From contig OZ024740.1 of the NCBI GenBank assembly GCA_964016885.1, positions 147,684,001 through 147,748,000 of the forward strand: a DNA stretch of 64,000 bases, given 5' to 3'. Below the pieces are notes generated by a model. It was not told the DNA's origin. It made no database searches and saw nothing but the letters and a program-made list of their open reading frames with translations. This document shows, piece after piece, positions 25,745-39,480 of this stretch. Numbering within the stretch: position 1 is the stretch's first letter; each line of letters begins with the position of its first letter. This stretch comes from Eledone cirrhosa (taxonomy: Eukaryota). The position numbers and the translations under genes were made by a program.

Positions 25745-27815
25745 GACTCCGACGGCAGAGCTCAAGCCGTTTCGATGGCTATTTCTGGACTAAATTAGAA
25801 TTTTTAGCCGGGTAAATAGATAGCAGAACTTTTCAGGGGGTAATTTCTTATAGGGGAAGATTGTAGTTGTTAAGAGGATTGGTCAAAATTTCTTGTAAAC
25901 ACAATTAAGTCTATCATGGCAGTGGGTGGGAGGTGGTGGTGGCTGAACTTGCCTGTAGAACAATGAGGGAGTGGGTGGAGCCGGTCAAGCGTAGAAAGTG
26001 AAATCTATACAGTAAATTCTAAGGATTGTGTATGAAACTAGGCCAGAGGAAGTAGGCGAAAAAGGATTCTGGAGAAAATAGAGAAGGGACGTTATACAAT
26101 AGGTAAGTCAATTGAGATTAGGAGATAATAAATAAATAAGAGAAAAATATATAAAAAATATAAAATTGGATAGTAAGAAGTGATAAAAAAAAACTGTAGA
26201 GTCTAAAACAGCTGCTATATTTAGTTGGTGTTGCGTTTTCGGACAATGCTATAGAATAGGTTAATAAGTTGAGAATAGAAGATACTAAATAAATAAAAAA
26301 AATTGAAATTATAGAACTGGGTAGTAAAAAGTAATACAAAATCTCTGGGGTCTAAAACAGCTGCTATAATTAATTTGTATTGTGTTTTCGGCCAATGCTA
26401 TCTTTAATTTACTGGGGTGGGGGTACGGAGGCTACAAAATCCTGATGGGCTGCCTCGGGGTAGGCGAAAGGGGAAAAGGGAAGAGGAAGGATATAGGGAG
26501 TGGAAGGAAGTGATAGCCCTTGTCTACCCACCCGGATCGTTAGGGGGTTTGAGGGCCAGGTAAGTCTTACGCAATCTGTGTTTGCATGCAGTTAGCAGTT
26601 CGTCTTTTGTATTTAGGAGTTGATCCTTTGTAAACAGCATTTGTAATGTTTCCTCCGAGCATAAGTTACACGGACGGCGTCCACCCGTGTAAGAGTTAGC
26701 TCTGGACAGTAAGCTCCAAGTAAGATTGTAAGTTATATTATTATCTTGGAGGTCCGAGATGTGGCCCGAAAGTGTAGTGGACTGTCGCCGGACCGGGTTT
26801 CGGAAGGTATGTCGGTGTTGGAAGAGCCGGGTCTTAAAGTCACAAGCGGTTAATCCTATATAAGCTTTGTTGGAGGTGTCCGTCCTCACGTTGCACTGGT
26901 AGATCACGTTACGTTCTCTGCATCTGTTGTTGAGGGGGCATATAGATCTATCAGGGCAGTTACACCTTCTGGTCGGCTCTCCACTAATGTCTAGGTTGTT
27001 TCTTCCATAGGGGTTGAGTTTTTTGTTGTTTGAGGAGACGATGTTTTGTGCGAAGTTAGGTGTGGTGCTGTAGGGGGCTTGATAGTGTTTTTGTTGATTA
27101 TGTTGTGGTAGCGGTGTTCTAGTGGAAAGTGTTTTTCGAGGAGCCTAAAGAAGATTTTCCCGATAGGTATTGCCACCTCGGCATTGTGGGGACGATTAAA
27201 CCACGTTACGTGGCGTGAGTCGTGGCGTCGCCTGCTGGCTCCGCTAAGGGAAGCTGGATAAAAGGATATTTACTCCCGGAAGCCACTCCGCTGGAGGGCC
27301 TGGTTGTATTGAGGCGCATGTTCGTCGAATATCTGCTCATTAGCGGACAAACGAGGTATGTGGAGGGAGATGTTTTTAACCAGATTATTGGTGTTGTTTC
27401 TAGGATGGTTAGAGCGGCGGTGGATGTAGTGCAGGTTGTCGTTTGGTTTCCTGTATGGGTAGTACAGATCATGAGGGTAACGTCGATGAAATTGACTTGG
27501 GTTAGGGACGTTTGTAGGGTGATTTTAAATCCCCAGTCCCGGAAGAAGTTGATTAGTTGTTTACGGACCCGGTGTGTACTATTGGGGTTGTACCCTTTGA
27601 GGGTAATGAAACCATCCTCTCGGTACAATCCACCGCCAAATGCAGGAAACATTTCGGTGAGTTTAAATAGTAGGAATAATCCTATAAGATCGGTGACCTC
27701 GGCCAAATCGGTCGCGCCCATACTGCCGTCGAAGGGGGAGTTGGGAGCTCTCTTTATCCACTTGGAGTTGTTGAAAAGTAGGACTATCTTCCTGCCGTGG
27801 AGAATGATAGTTCAT
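25745..27815 (-). mobile_element. PLE-4 minus arm (RT 3' part, GIY-YIG, pLTR)
   Basis: MGATDLAEVTDLIG, GLYREDG, NFIDV, IGKIFFRLLEKHFP, IYQC..YIGLTACDFKTRLFQH, CNLCSEE, CKH. Confidence 0.9.
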
Positions 27816-29255
27816 TGAAGAAACAACCTAGACATTAGTGGCGAGCTAACCAGTAGGTGTAACTGCCCTGATAGATATACTTGCCCCCCCTCAACAACAG
27901 ATGCCGAGAACGTAACGTAATCTACCAGTACAACGTGAGGACGGACACCTCCAACAAAACTTATATAGGATTAACCGCTTGTGACTTTAAGACCCGGCTC
28001 TACCAACACCGACATACCTTCCGAACCCCGGTCCTCTACACTTTCGGGCCACATCTGGGATCTTCAAGATAATAATATAACTTACAATCTTACTTGGAGC
28101 TTACTGTCCAGAGCTAACTCTTACACGGGTGGACGCCGTCCGTGTAACTTATGCTCGGAGGAAACATTACAAATGATGTTTACGAAGGATTAACTCCTAA
28201 ACAAAAAAGAACTGGTAACTGCATGCAAACACAGATTGCGTAAGACTTACCTCGCCATCAAACCCCCTAACGATCCGGGTGGGTAGACAAAGACTGAAAG
28301 ACCCTACTTGCCGAATAAGATAGGGGAAATCCCAGCTTACATAGGTAGGTAGATGTACCTCTTTTCTTTTCCTCTATGTTTTCTTCTTCCCTTTGTCTCC
28401 TCCTATCACTTCCTTCCACCACCGATCTTCTTCCTCCTTCTTTTTTTCCCCTTTCGCCTACCCCGAGGCAACCCATCGGGCCTCGGTAGCCTCAGTACCC
28501 CCACCCCAGTAACTTAAAGATAGGATTCGCCGAATACGCTATACTAACTAATCATAGCAGCTCTGTTAGACCCCAGAGATTTTGTATTACTTTTTACTAC
28601 CCAATTCTACAATTTCAATAATTCTTATTTAGTATCATCTATTCTCATTGGCCGAAAAAGCAACACCAACTAAATATAGCAGCTGTTTTAGACTCTATAG
28701 TTTTTTGTTTTTTATCACTTCTCACTATCCAATTTTATATTTTTATATATCTTTCTCTTATTTTTTTATTATTTTTTTTATTGTCTCCTAATCTCAATTG
28801 ATTTACCCATTCTATAACGTCCCCCCTATTTTCTCCAGAAACCTTTTTTCGCCTACCTCCTCTGTCCTACTTTCATACACAATCCTTAGAATTTGCTGTA
28901 TAGATTTCACTTTCAACGCTTGACCGGCTCCACCGACTCCTTCATTGCTCTACAGGCAAGTTCAGCCACCCCACCTCCCACCCACTGCCATGATAGGCTT
29001 ATTTGTGTTTACAAGAAATGTTGACCAATCCTCTTGACAACTACAATCTTCCCATTAAATGAAGTACCCCTTGAAAAGTTCGGCTATTGATTTACCAGAC
29101 TAAAAAATTCTAATTTAGTCCAGAAATAGCCGTCGAAACGGCTTGAGCTCTGCCGTCGGGGTCATACTTTTTCCTATTACCCACTCTACTACCCTAAGTA
29201 TTGAGTACTCTGGTGCGTTATGGTCCATCTGGTTCCTTACCACAACTCCTTCGCT
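27816..29255 (+). mobile_element. PLE-4 plus arm (GIY-YIG and complete pLTR), inverted relative to the minus arm
   Basis: Reverse complement of 25745-27005 with scattered differences; ends at (TA)n. Confidence 0.9.
29066..29162 (+). ncRNA. Type I hammerhead, U3-A8 core variant
   Basis: acccc-TTGAAAA-gttcggctatt..aatagccgtc-GAAA-cggc ttgagctct gccg-TC-ggggt; sister copy at 25746-25841 (minus) reads CTGAAAA. Confidence 0.7.
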
Positions 29256-29276
29256 ATATTAATATATATATATAGA

Positions 29277-29652
<376 letters not shown>

Positions 29653-29659
29653 ATATATA

Positions 29660-30300
29660 TGAGAATTAGAGTTAAAACTCAATTGGAACCCTGTAACTAT
29701 TAAGCTCTAAGTATAAAGTATAATTACTGAGCCGATTAATAATATATAGTAAGAAACACAGTAAACCGTGTGTCTAAAATTACAAGGGTTGAAAAACCAC
29801 ATTTGTTTGAAATATTTAACCAAGAAGCAGACAGAATGATAAAATAAAAATAAAAATATATTATTATAATACAAACCGCCTCAATAACCATTATATCTCT
29901 CGGACAGATTATCCCTAATCTGTTTCGCCCTTAATGTGTTTGTAACAGATAATCCTGGGCTTCATCAGCGAGAGAATCTGATTAAATGCCACAAACACTA
30001 TTTGCCAACGTTCACACAGAAAGATGAATTTATCACCTCGTGCTCCGCCAGTCAAACGTGGTAAGCGTGTATTGAATAGAAATAACAGTCCAACACACAC
30101 AACTTAATAAGCTCAACTTGTGAGGGAGCAGAAATATATATATATGAGAATTAGAGTTAAAACTCAATTGGAACCCTGTAACTATTAAGCTCTAAGTATA
30201 AAGTATAAATACTGAGCCGATTAATAATATATAGTATGAAACACAGTAAACCGTGTGTCTAAAATTACAAGGGTTGAAAAATCACATTTGTTTGAAATAC
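29660..30300 (-). mobile_element. 486-bp non-coding hammerhead-bearing unit in partial tandem
   Basis: 29660-29812 repeats at 30146-30298; hammerhead at 29897-29974. Confidence 0.75.
29897..29974 (-). ncRNA. Type I hammerhead with a full helix III
   Basis: Minus strand: ctctcg-CTGATGA-a gccc..gggc-GAAA-cagatta ggga taatctg-TC-cgagag. Confidence 0.9.
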
Positions 30301-30358
30301 ATAATATATATGCATATATATATATATATATATATGCATATATATATATATACACTCA

Positions 30359-30400
<42 letters not shown>

Positions 30401-30413
30401 TATATATATGCAC

Positions 30414-30463
<50 letters not shown>

Positions 30464-30495
30464 ATATTATATATATATTATATATATATATATAA

Positions 30496-31725
30496 TATAA
30501 GATCAAAAGATGGTTAAAAGAGTTCCAAGTATTTTACTTTAAGTTTGTTTTTATGTATTGTAATATGTAAAAGAAAATAATAGGTTTAATACGAGCACGG
30601 AAGTGTATTATATTATATTATATACAATTTACTCATTCTATGTCGTTAGAGGTCCCCTATCTTTCTTCTTTTTATCCTTTTTCCTTTCTTCCTTTTTCTT
30701 TTTTAATTTCTAATCTTTAATCTGTAACTTTTACTTCTCAATTACTTCTTAATTCATATTATTACTCACTATAGCATTTTCCATTTTTCCTTATATTCTT
30801 AGCCATACAGACTATATTTTTTTAATATATAATAATATTACCATTAGTAAATTTTTGTAAATATATATACTTTCTGACGTTATATATTTTTTTCCTGCTT
30901 AAATTTTTCTCCTTTCTTCTCTCCTTCCGTGCTCGTATTAAACCTATTATTTTCTTTTACATATTACAATACATAACAACAAACTTAAACCCTAAATAAT
31001 TCCTCTAAGTTCATAATTCATTTAATCTCTCCTTCTTTCACATTATATCCTTTATATCCTTAATATTTTTATTTTAATAATACATATTAATAAATTCTTT
31101 TTTTCGCACATATTATTAAACCCTTCAATATATAAACCTTAAATAAATACTATTCTTAATTCATTTTTCTTTAATCATAAACATCACCATTCATAAGCCT
31201 CATTAACTTTTAATTTCAAAATCTTTTAAAATTATCTACGGTTTAAATTATCTAACGGTTTTTTAATTTCTCTCTGTGAGACAATGTTTTCTCAGTTGTA
31301 AAGGCTATTTCTCTCTCTCTATCACTCATTTCTCCTCCTCTCTCATCCTTCTTTTTTATACTCCTGCCTCGTCATCCTTTATTTTCTTTCTTCCTCTTCC
31401 TTACCTTTTCCTACCCCCCCCCCTCCTTTTTTTCCCAACCTCATATATCCATCTTACTTTATTTTTCATATGTTGATTTAACACTTCACTGCTCGCAAGT
31501 GTTTTTTAAGCTTCATATCATGTCTCCCTATTTTATCTGATGAGAACGCAAATATCATCCCATGATGATATTTGTTTTTGAAATGCGCATAATAAAATAC
31601 TTGGAACTCTTTTAACCATCTTTTGATCTTATATTATTTATACTCCAGTCCTATAAACTGTTGAGTGCTACTTATCCGATATTTGCATTGTTTATTGTTC
31701 TACAATAAAACTCACATCCTACATT
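30496..31725 (+). mobile_element. Solo PLE pseudo-LTR with an inverted 5' piece (30496-30602)
   Basis: Pyrimidine-rich body, hammerhead, (TA)n flanks; related 3' part at 37215-37385. Confidence 0.7.
31529..31599 (+). ncRNA. Type I hammerhead ribozyme
   Basis: tattttat-CTGATGA-gaacgcaaatatcatc ccat gatgatatttgttttt-GAAA-tgcgca-TA-ataaaata. Confidence 0.9.
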
Positions 31726-31860
31726 ATATATATATATATATGGATATGATTCCAGTTCCTCGGAGGACTAACAACAAACCCAGGAGCTGGACATATCGAT
31801 GAATTGACTGAGTGGAACACATTTCAACATGTTTACTTGTCTTTTCCACATTAATTCGTA

Positions 31861-31913
31861 CTGCCTGAAGAGGTCAGAGCCAATAATAGGTGTCACCGAC
31901 ATATATATAGCAG
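31861..31913 (+). ncRNA. Degenerate type I hammerhead (GAAA changed to GACA)
   Basis: ctgc-CTGAAGA-ggtcagagcc..ggtgtcacc-GACA-tatata-TA-gcag; homologous to 34061-34115. Confidence 0.7.
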
Positions 31914-31968
31914 AGAATTTATAATAATCGTAGCCAAATTTTATATGTTTGACTTACTTATTTTATAT

Positions 31969-32052
<84 letters not shown>

Positions 32053-32193
32053 GTCAGTTTTTTTACAAAATGAAAAAAAAAACGAGGTGTCCTACATTAG
32101 TGAAAGCATAAGGAAAAAAGATGAAATCGAATATTTATTAGGTTCCTTTACTTGTGCTTTTCAAAAGTAGAATTGAGATGGAGGGTTTGTGGT

Positions 32194-32246
<53 letters not shown>

Positions 32247-32503
32247 TTGACGATTATACCTACTATATATAATAAGAAAATGCGAAGTAGTTTCAGATGT
32301 TAAAGTCCTTTATTGATAACGCTGTGATACATATTTAGATGACGACAGTGACCATGTAATTCTGCGTAGTACCCAGTGTCATGCTCTCACCATACAGCTA
32401 CTTACATAATAAGGTTACGTTCCCGAGGCAATCCAAATTGAAACGAGAAGGGAACGGACACAGATGATGCTCTTGAAGCCTTCGCCCGTTCCCTTGTGAC
32501 CTT

Positions 32504-32559
<56 letters not shown>

Positions 32560-32721
32560 GGTGGGTAGCTTGTAGTTACTAACGGTGACATTGGACGATG
32601 CACTCGATGCTGTAGTGTGTCCGTCTCTCGTTAGGCTGTGCTCCAGGTTTAAGGCTGCTCTAGTTTGCAGAGTGTATATAAAGTTGACAATAAGAATTGC
32701 AGCTTTGTTTAAACTTTATTA

Positions 32722-32808
32722 CATATTACAATTTGTTTCCATATCGATCAGCTCGGGTTTGATTATGAGACCGGGTCCCGACTCTTAATCGACACTTATT
32801 CAGATATG
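32722..32808 (-). ncRNA. Degenerate type I hammerhead (G8 changed to T)
   Basis: Minus strand: catat-CTGAATA-agtgtcgat..atcgatatg-GAAA-caaattg-TA-atatg. Confidence 0.65.
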
Positions 32809-33146
32809 AGAGTTTACATGGGTGATCCCATCCAAACTGTTGTCCCGTATTCGTTTTATATACATATTATTGGGTTATGATGGGTGGGTGGGAGACGGGA
32901 GTAGGTAGATGGTGAATAGTGGTTTTCAATATAACAGAGGTGATGAATTGTAAAGAATTGTAAAGAGTTGTAATTGGGATGGGCATAACATTTTTTTTTA
33001 GATGAAACTAGGAGAATGGCTCGGCGTTGCTTGGGATTTGTTCTAGGGTTCTTATATATTTGATATATATTTATCCTTATCGAGCCTCGTGAAATAAATA
33101 CGTTTGTTTATATTTTGTTATTGTGTATGCAAAAATATCTGTACAC

Positions 33147-33212
<66 letters not shown>

Positions 33213-33219
<7 letters not shown>

Positions 33220-33331
33220 TGAGATTCTACAGGACTAGAACTGTTTCATTCATTAGAAATCGTCAGGAATCTGATTCCTGATGATTTCTAATGAATGAAA
33301 CAGTTCTAGTCCTGTAGAATCTCATCTATAT
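33213..33331. ncRNA. Palindrome of two back-to-back hammerheads (33223-33271 minus, 33273-33321 plus)
   Basis: gattc-CTGATGA-tttctaatgaat-GAAA-cag ttctagtc ctg-TA-gaatc and its mirror (with CTGACGA) around a 1-nt centre. Confidence 0.8.
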
Positions 33332-33404
33332 TAAAACCTTTATACTCTGCTATGTATTGAGTACCTTACTTACTGTCGTTACCTCCGATTCAACCCGGAA
33401 TAAC

Positions 33405-33438
<34 letters not shown>

Positions 33439-33871
33439 CTAAAACAGAGAATGCTTGTTTGTCTGTCTGTCTGTCCAATCACATAAACTCGAGAACCACC
33501 CAACGGATTGTTTTTAAACTTTACACATGTAATACTTATGGTCGCGTGAGTGTTTTGAGCAAAAACATTTCAAATTTTTCAATGCCCTAGGGACCGCATT
33601 AGGCGATTTAGCGATCTCTCTCTATAATTATTAGTCTTTCTCTTTTTAGATAGATACATAGATATAACGTTGCGCCCTTATAATATCTGTCTGTATGCCT
33701 GCCTGTCTGCATTACGTCATTATGACGCGGTGTGTGTGTGTGGGGAGGGGTGTATATATAGTGTGTAACGTTTTTTGAAATATTTACTTCTGCGTTCACA
33801 AATTTATTATTTTAGTTTCAGAAGACCCGTTAAGGGTGAAAGCAGCGATTCATTGCTTAAACTTTAATCTG

Positions 33872-33982
<111 letters not shown>

Positions 33983-34060
33983 GATTCCAGTTCCTCAGTG
34001 AAATAGACAAAGTTAAACACCTCAACAACTTATGTACTCGTCTCTACCACACTAATTCGG

Positions 34061-34115
34061 ACTGCCTGAAGAGGTCACAGCCAATGATGGCTGTCCCCGA
34101 AATATATATAGCAGT
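34061..34115 (+). ncRNA. Type I hammerhead ribozyme
   Basis: actgc-CTGAAGA-ggtcacagcca atga tggctgtcccc-GAAA-tatata-TA-gcagt. Confidence 0.88.
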
Positions 34116-34166
34116 AATAAACGAAGCCAAATTTTAAAAAATTGTAAACATTTGACTTATTTATTT

Positions 34167-34227
<61 letters not shown>

Positions 34228-34880
34228 TATATTCGTGAACAGATATTTTTGCATACACATATAAACAAAAGTATTTATTTCGCGATAAAGTATTGATTTT
34301 CTTCGAACGGAAAAAAACCCTGGTAATGTACGACGAATTTTTTTTATGAGCACAAAATGTAGACACCAACCCGAAGCCGAGGTATACTGTACTTCTCTGT
34401 ACTGTTATTTATATATTCGTGTACAGATATTTTTGCATACACAATAACAAATTATAAACAAACGTATTTACTTCACGATACTCGAGAAGGATAAATATAT
34501 ATCAAATATATAAGAACCCTAGAGCAAATCCCGAGCAACGTCGGGCCATTCTGCTAGTATATATCTAAAACAGAGATTGTCTGTCTGTCTGTCAGCTCAC
34601 TAAAACTCGAGAACCACCCAACCGATTGTTTTCAAACTTTACACATGTAATACTTATAGTCCTGTGAGTGTTTTGAGAAAAACATTTTTCAAATTTTCAA
34701 TGCCCTAGGGACCGCATTAGGCGATTTAGTGGTCTCTCTTCATAATTCTTAGTCTTTCTCTTTTTACATAGATACATAGATATAACGTTGCGCCCTTATA
34801 ATATCTGTTTGTTTGTCTGGCTGTCTGTATTACGACATTATGACGCGGTGTGTGTGTGTGTGTGTGTATATGTATATATA

Positions 34881-34954
<74 letters not shown>

Positions 34955-35204
34955 TGTAACGTTTTACGAAATATTTACTTCTGCGTTCACAGATTGATTT
35001 TTTTAGATTCAGAAGATCCTGTTAAGGGTGAAAGCAGACTAATGCGGTCTCTAGGGCATTGAAAATTTGAAATTTGTTTTCTCAAAACACTCACAGGACC
35101 ATAAGTATTACATGTGTAAAGTTTAAAAACAATCGGTTCGGTGGTTCTCGAGTTTTAGTTAGCTGACAGACAGACAGACATTCTCTGTTTTAGATATATA
35201 AATT

Positions 35205-36452
35205 ACTAGCAGCTGAGCCCGATTGCACCCGGGGCCACTTTTTATTAAGTTAATAATTTTAAAAATATTATTGAAAGTTTATTATAAAGAAGCAGTTTCA
35301 GGGAAAAAAATAGAAATATGCACTTGGGGCTGGACGGCGTACAATGAGAAGTGGAGCGACGTGAAAAGCGTTGTTTATTAACAGCGAAATAGCAATGTCG
35401 ATGATATGCAATTTGAAAAATACTACTTACTGTTAGTGGTGGTTAACATATATTAGAATTAAAAGAAAATCACGCGTCCCTTCTTCGCAATTTAAGGGTT
35501 TGGCGATACTTGGTTTTAGTGTCCTAAATTATCATCATCGACACTCAATTATTAGCTCCACCCACTACACGTTACGTCACGACACGTCATCAGCTGCTGC
35601 TGCTGCTTGATTTTTACATTTTCAATTTCTTACATCCTTCATTTTTACACGAAATAACATTGAATTTTTAGAATAAATATCTATTAAAATATTAACAGAG
35701 AAAATTAGATTTTTTATTTATTTTTTGAACAAAATAAATATTTATTTACAGTTTTTCACAGAAAAACTATGCTTCATTTTTACATGAATATTTATTTACA
35801 GTTTTTAAGTTTTTAACCGAAACACTATGCTTTTTTTTTACATGAATATTTATTTACAGTTTTTAACAGAAAAAAAATTGCTGCGAAATACATTTTTTTT
35901 TTTAACACACGATACGTCATTTAGGACACTAAAACCAAGTATCGCCAAGGGTTTTATTTCTTTTGATGGAAAACAGTGACCGTACTGCAGAATCGATTTC
36001 ATAAAACGATACTGTATGATCGTTAAATGTAGAAGGATGATAGTTTTTTAACAGCGAAATAGCAATGTCGATGATATGCAAGTTTAAAAATGCATATTAT
36101 GAAGGTTTGTATGTTAGTTTACACTTTTTCCTGAAACTGCTTCTTTATAATAAACTTTCAATAATATTTTTCAAATTATTGGTACTGTATGTTAATAGCG
36201 AAAGAACGTTGATGAAATTGTAAATAAGACAAAAGTATTAGAACAGGGGGAAATAACTCACCGAACGCGATAGTTTTGGGACCCCAGGGACCAGATTTTT
36301 CAAGTTAGAGATTTGAAACCCCGCCTATTTGCTTCCTTGGCACTTTTTACATAGGTGTGTAAATTTTCATGTCAGTCCGACCACGTCTACTACTATTTAA
36401 CCGTGCACATTTGAATTTCAACCACCGCCCATTTCACAAATATATATTAGAT
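35205..36452 (-). mobile_element. Non-autonomous Helitron of a second family, with internal inverted duplications
   Basis: Minus strand 5' tctaatatatatttg; 3' hairpin ccccgggtgcaatcggg then ctcagctgCTAGT. Confidence 0.6.
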
Positions 36453-36588
36453 AAATATCAAAATTGGGAAGAGTAAATGTTTAGTAGGAATTCGAAGGTC
36501 GGCCATTATAATGACGTGAATGTCAGACAGGGCCGTATTGTTATGAGAGATAATACGGATAATACGGTATTGTTATGAGAGATAATTA

Positions 36589-36763
36589 TTTCTACTTTTG
36601 GCACAAGGCCAGCAATTACCCAGTACATTACTGGTACTTTATTTTCTCGACCCCGTATGGATGAAAGGCAAAGTTAACCTCGGCGGGATTTGAACTCAGA
36701 TCATAAAAGGACGTAACTATGCTGGAAAGCATGTCTGAGCCTCTACTGATACTGCCAATTCAT
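36589..36763 (-). mobile_element. tRNA-derived SINE with a Meta-like central domain
   Basis: B box gagttcaaatcc, then gcctttcatcc..ggggtcga..aaataaagtaccag. Confidence 0.8.
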
Positions 36764-37276
36764 GGTAGGCATACAGGTCAGGAGAAGAAAAGGAAGAATA
36801 AGGAGGAGAAGGAAGAGAAGTAGAGGAGGAGGAGGAGTGGTGGTGGCTGTGTTGTTTATGGTGAATATGATTGTGATGATGATGATGGTTGTAGTTATGA
36901 TGATGGTGATGGTAAAGTAGAAGATGAAGAGGAAGATGGTGAATGTGGAGATGGTGAGGTTGAAGATGAATAGTGGTGGCGAATTATTGTTTAAGTTTTG
37001 GTGTTTGGGGAATGGAGCTGTTTTGAATTTAGGAGGAATGAGATGAAAAGGGATAAGGAATAAAATAAAATGAAATAAGGTGAAATCGAATGAAGTGATG
37101 AAAAATATACGTAAGTTGGGGTTTAAGTGAGATACATAGAAAGTCGTTGTTTGGGATTGATGAATATATATATATATTTTTTCCAATCTTCTATATCCTT
37201 TTATATTTATTTATCATATGTTGACCGGACACTTCCTTGTTCACAAGTGTTTTTTAGTCATCATATCATGTTACCT

Positions 37277-37347
37277 TATTTTATCTGATGAGAACGCAAC
37301 TATCGTCCCAGGATGATATTTGCTTTTGAAATGCGCATAATAAAATA
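37277..37347 (+). ncRNA. Type I hammerhead ribozyme (same family as 31529)
   Basis: tattttat-CTGATGA-gaacgcaactatcgtcc ca ggatgatatttgctttt-GAAA-tgcgca-TA-ataaaata. Confidence 0.88.
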
Positions 37348-37382
37348 TATGGAACATTTTTAACCATCTTTTAATTTCTTCT

Positions 37383-37413
<31 letters not shown>

Positions 37414-37489
37414 CTTAACTAGCTACCGTCACATATTTGGTAAGTCAGACGTGATCATCGCGATTCACATACGACCTACCATACATCTT

Positions 37490-37825
37490 ACTTATATATA
37501 TATATATAAGTATGTATGAATACGTACATACATATATGTATACAGACGTACAGTAGTATGTATATATATACATACATGCACACATATATATATGCACGAA
37601 TCGGTTTACCGAACATTTATTATAATGCTCGGTTTGTTTGTAAACAAACAGCATTATAATAAATGTTCGGTAAACCGATTCGTGCATATATATATGTGTG
37701 GATGTATATATATACATACTACTGTACGTCTGTATACATATATGTATGTACGTATACATACATACTTACATTTAAGTAACTGCCGTACTAAGAGTGAGAA
37801 ATGAAATTTCGTTTCATTCTATTCC

Positions 37826-37897
<72 letters not shown>

Positions 37898-38142
37898 GAG
37901 AGAGGGGGGGGGGATAAACAAAGTTTCATACACTTAACGTGTATGTGCGATCATTGGTTTCAGGGTCCAGTTAAGGACCAGTTTAAAAGTGCCTCTTCCG
38001 CTATACAGTGGTCGTCATAACTGGACCCCGAAACCAATGGTTAAGTGTATGAAACTTTGTTTATACTAAATAAGCTCTCTTTCAACAGATTGACCACTGT
38101 TTTCCTTGATCTTTCATCTACGGATTTCTACACACACACACA

Positions 38143-38224
<82 letters not shown>

Positions 38225-39480
38225 TATGTATACGTACATACATATATGTATACAGACGTACAGTAGTATGTATATACATACATACATGCACACATAATAT
38301 ATGTACGTATGGGTTTACCGAACATTTATTATAATGCTCGGCTTGTTTGTAAACAAACAGCCCGAATTATTAGCCGTACAGTGTTCGGCATCCATCGTTG
38401 CCCTTTTTTCCAACACTGACAAAGGAACAATGAACTAGTTTCTAGCTTATTAGCTGTTATCAGCACCGTATACCTTCCTGTCAGTCGATTGAACGTCTGA
38501 AAGTATATACTTTCCTTATGCATATTAACGGCTGAGCAGCCTAATTTGCTTATCGAGTGAGTTAGTCGGCTGGGGGTACCGAAAACGATAAATGGAAAAA
38601 ATGAAATTGAATTTCTCACTCTTAGTACGGCTGATACTTAAATATAAGTATGTATACGTACATACATATATGTATACAGACGTACAGTAGTATGTATATA
38701 TATACATACATGCACACAAATATATATATGTACGTATGGATTCACCGAACATTTATTATAATGCTCGGTTTGTTTGTAAACAAACAGCCCGAATTATTAG
38801 CCGTACAGTGTTCGGCAACCATCGTTGCCTTTATACTTATATTTAATTATCAGCCGTACTAAGAGTGAGAAATGAAATTTCATTTTTTGTTCGGTAAACC
38901 CCTATGTACATATATATATATATATGTGTGCATGTATGTATATATATACATACTACTGTACGTCTGTACACATATATGTATGTACGTATACATACTTATA
39001 TTTAAGTATCAGCCGTACTAAGAGTGAGAAATGAAATTTCATTTTTTCCATTTATCGTTTTCGGTACGCCCGGCCGACTAATTCACTCGATATGCAAATT
39101 TGGCTGCTCAGCCGTTAATATGCATATGGAAAGTATATACTTTCAAACGTTCAATCAACTGACAGGAAGGTATACAGTGCTGATGACAGCTAATAAGCTA
39201 GAAACTAGTTCATCGTTCCTTTGTCAGTGTTGAACAAAAGGGCAACGATGGTTGCCAAACACTGTACGGCTAATAATTCGGGCTGTTTGTTTACAAACAA
39301 ACCGAGCTTTATAATAAATGTTCGGTAAACCCATACGTACATATATGTATGTGTGCATGTATGTATGTATATACATACTACTGTACGTCTGTATACATAT
39401 ATGTATGTACATATACATACTTGTATTTAAGTATCAGCCGTACTAAGAGTGAGAAATGTAATTTCATTTTTTTCCATTTA
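37490..39480. mobile_element. Tandem and inverted array of a roughly 425-bp hammerhead-bearing unit (retrozyme-like)
   Basis: Unit repeats head-to-tail from 38222 to 38647; inverted run about 38890-39480; palindrome about 37510-37767. Confidence 0.75.
39174..39216 (+). ncRNA. Minimal type I hammerhead with palindromic CUAG loop III
   Basis: acagtg-CTGATGA-c agct aata agct a-GAAA-ctag-TT-catcgt; mirror copy at about 38429-38471 (minus) has acggtg and CTGATAA. Confidence 0.8.
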
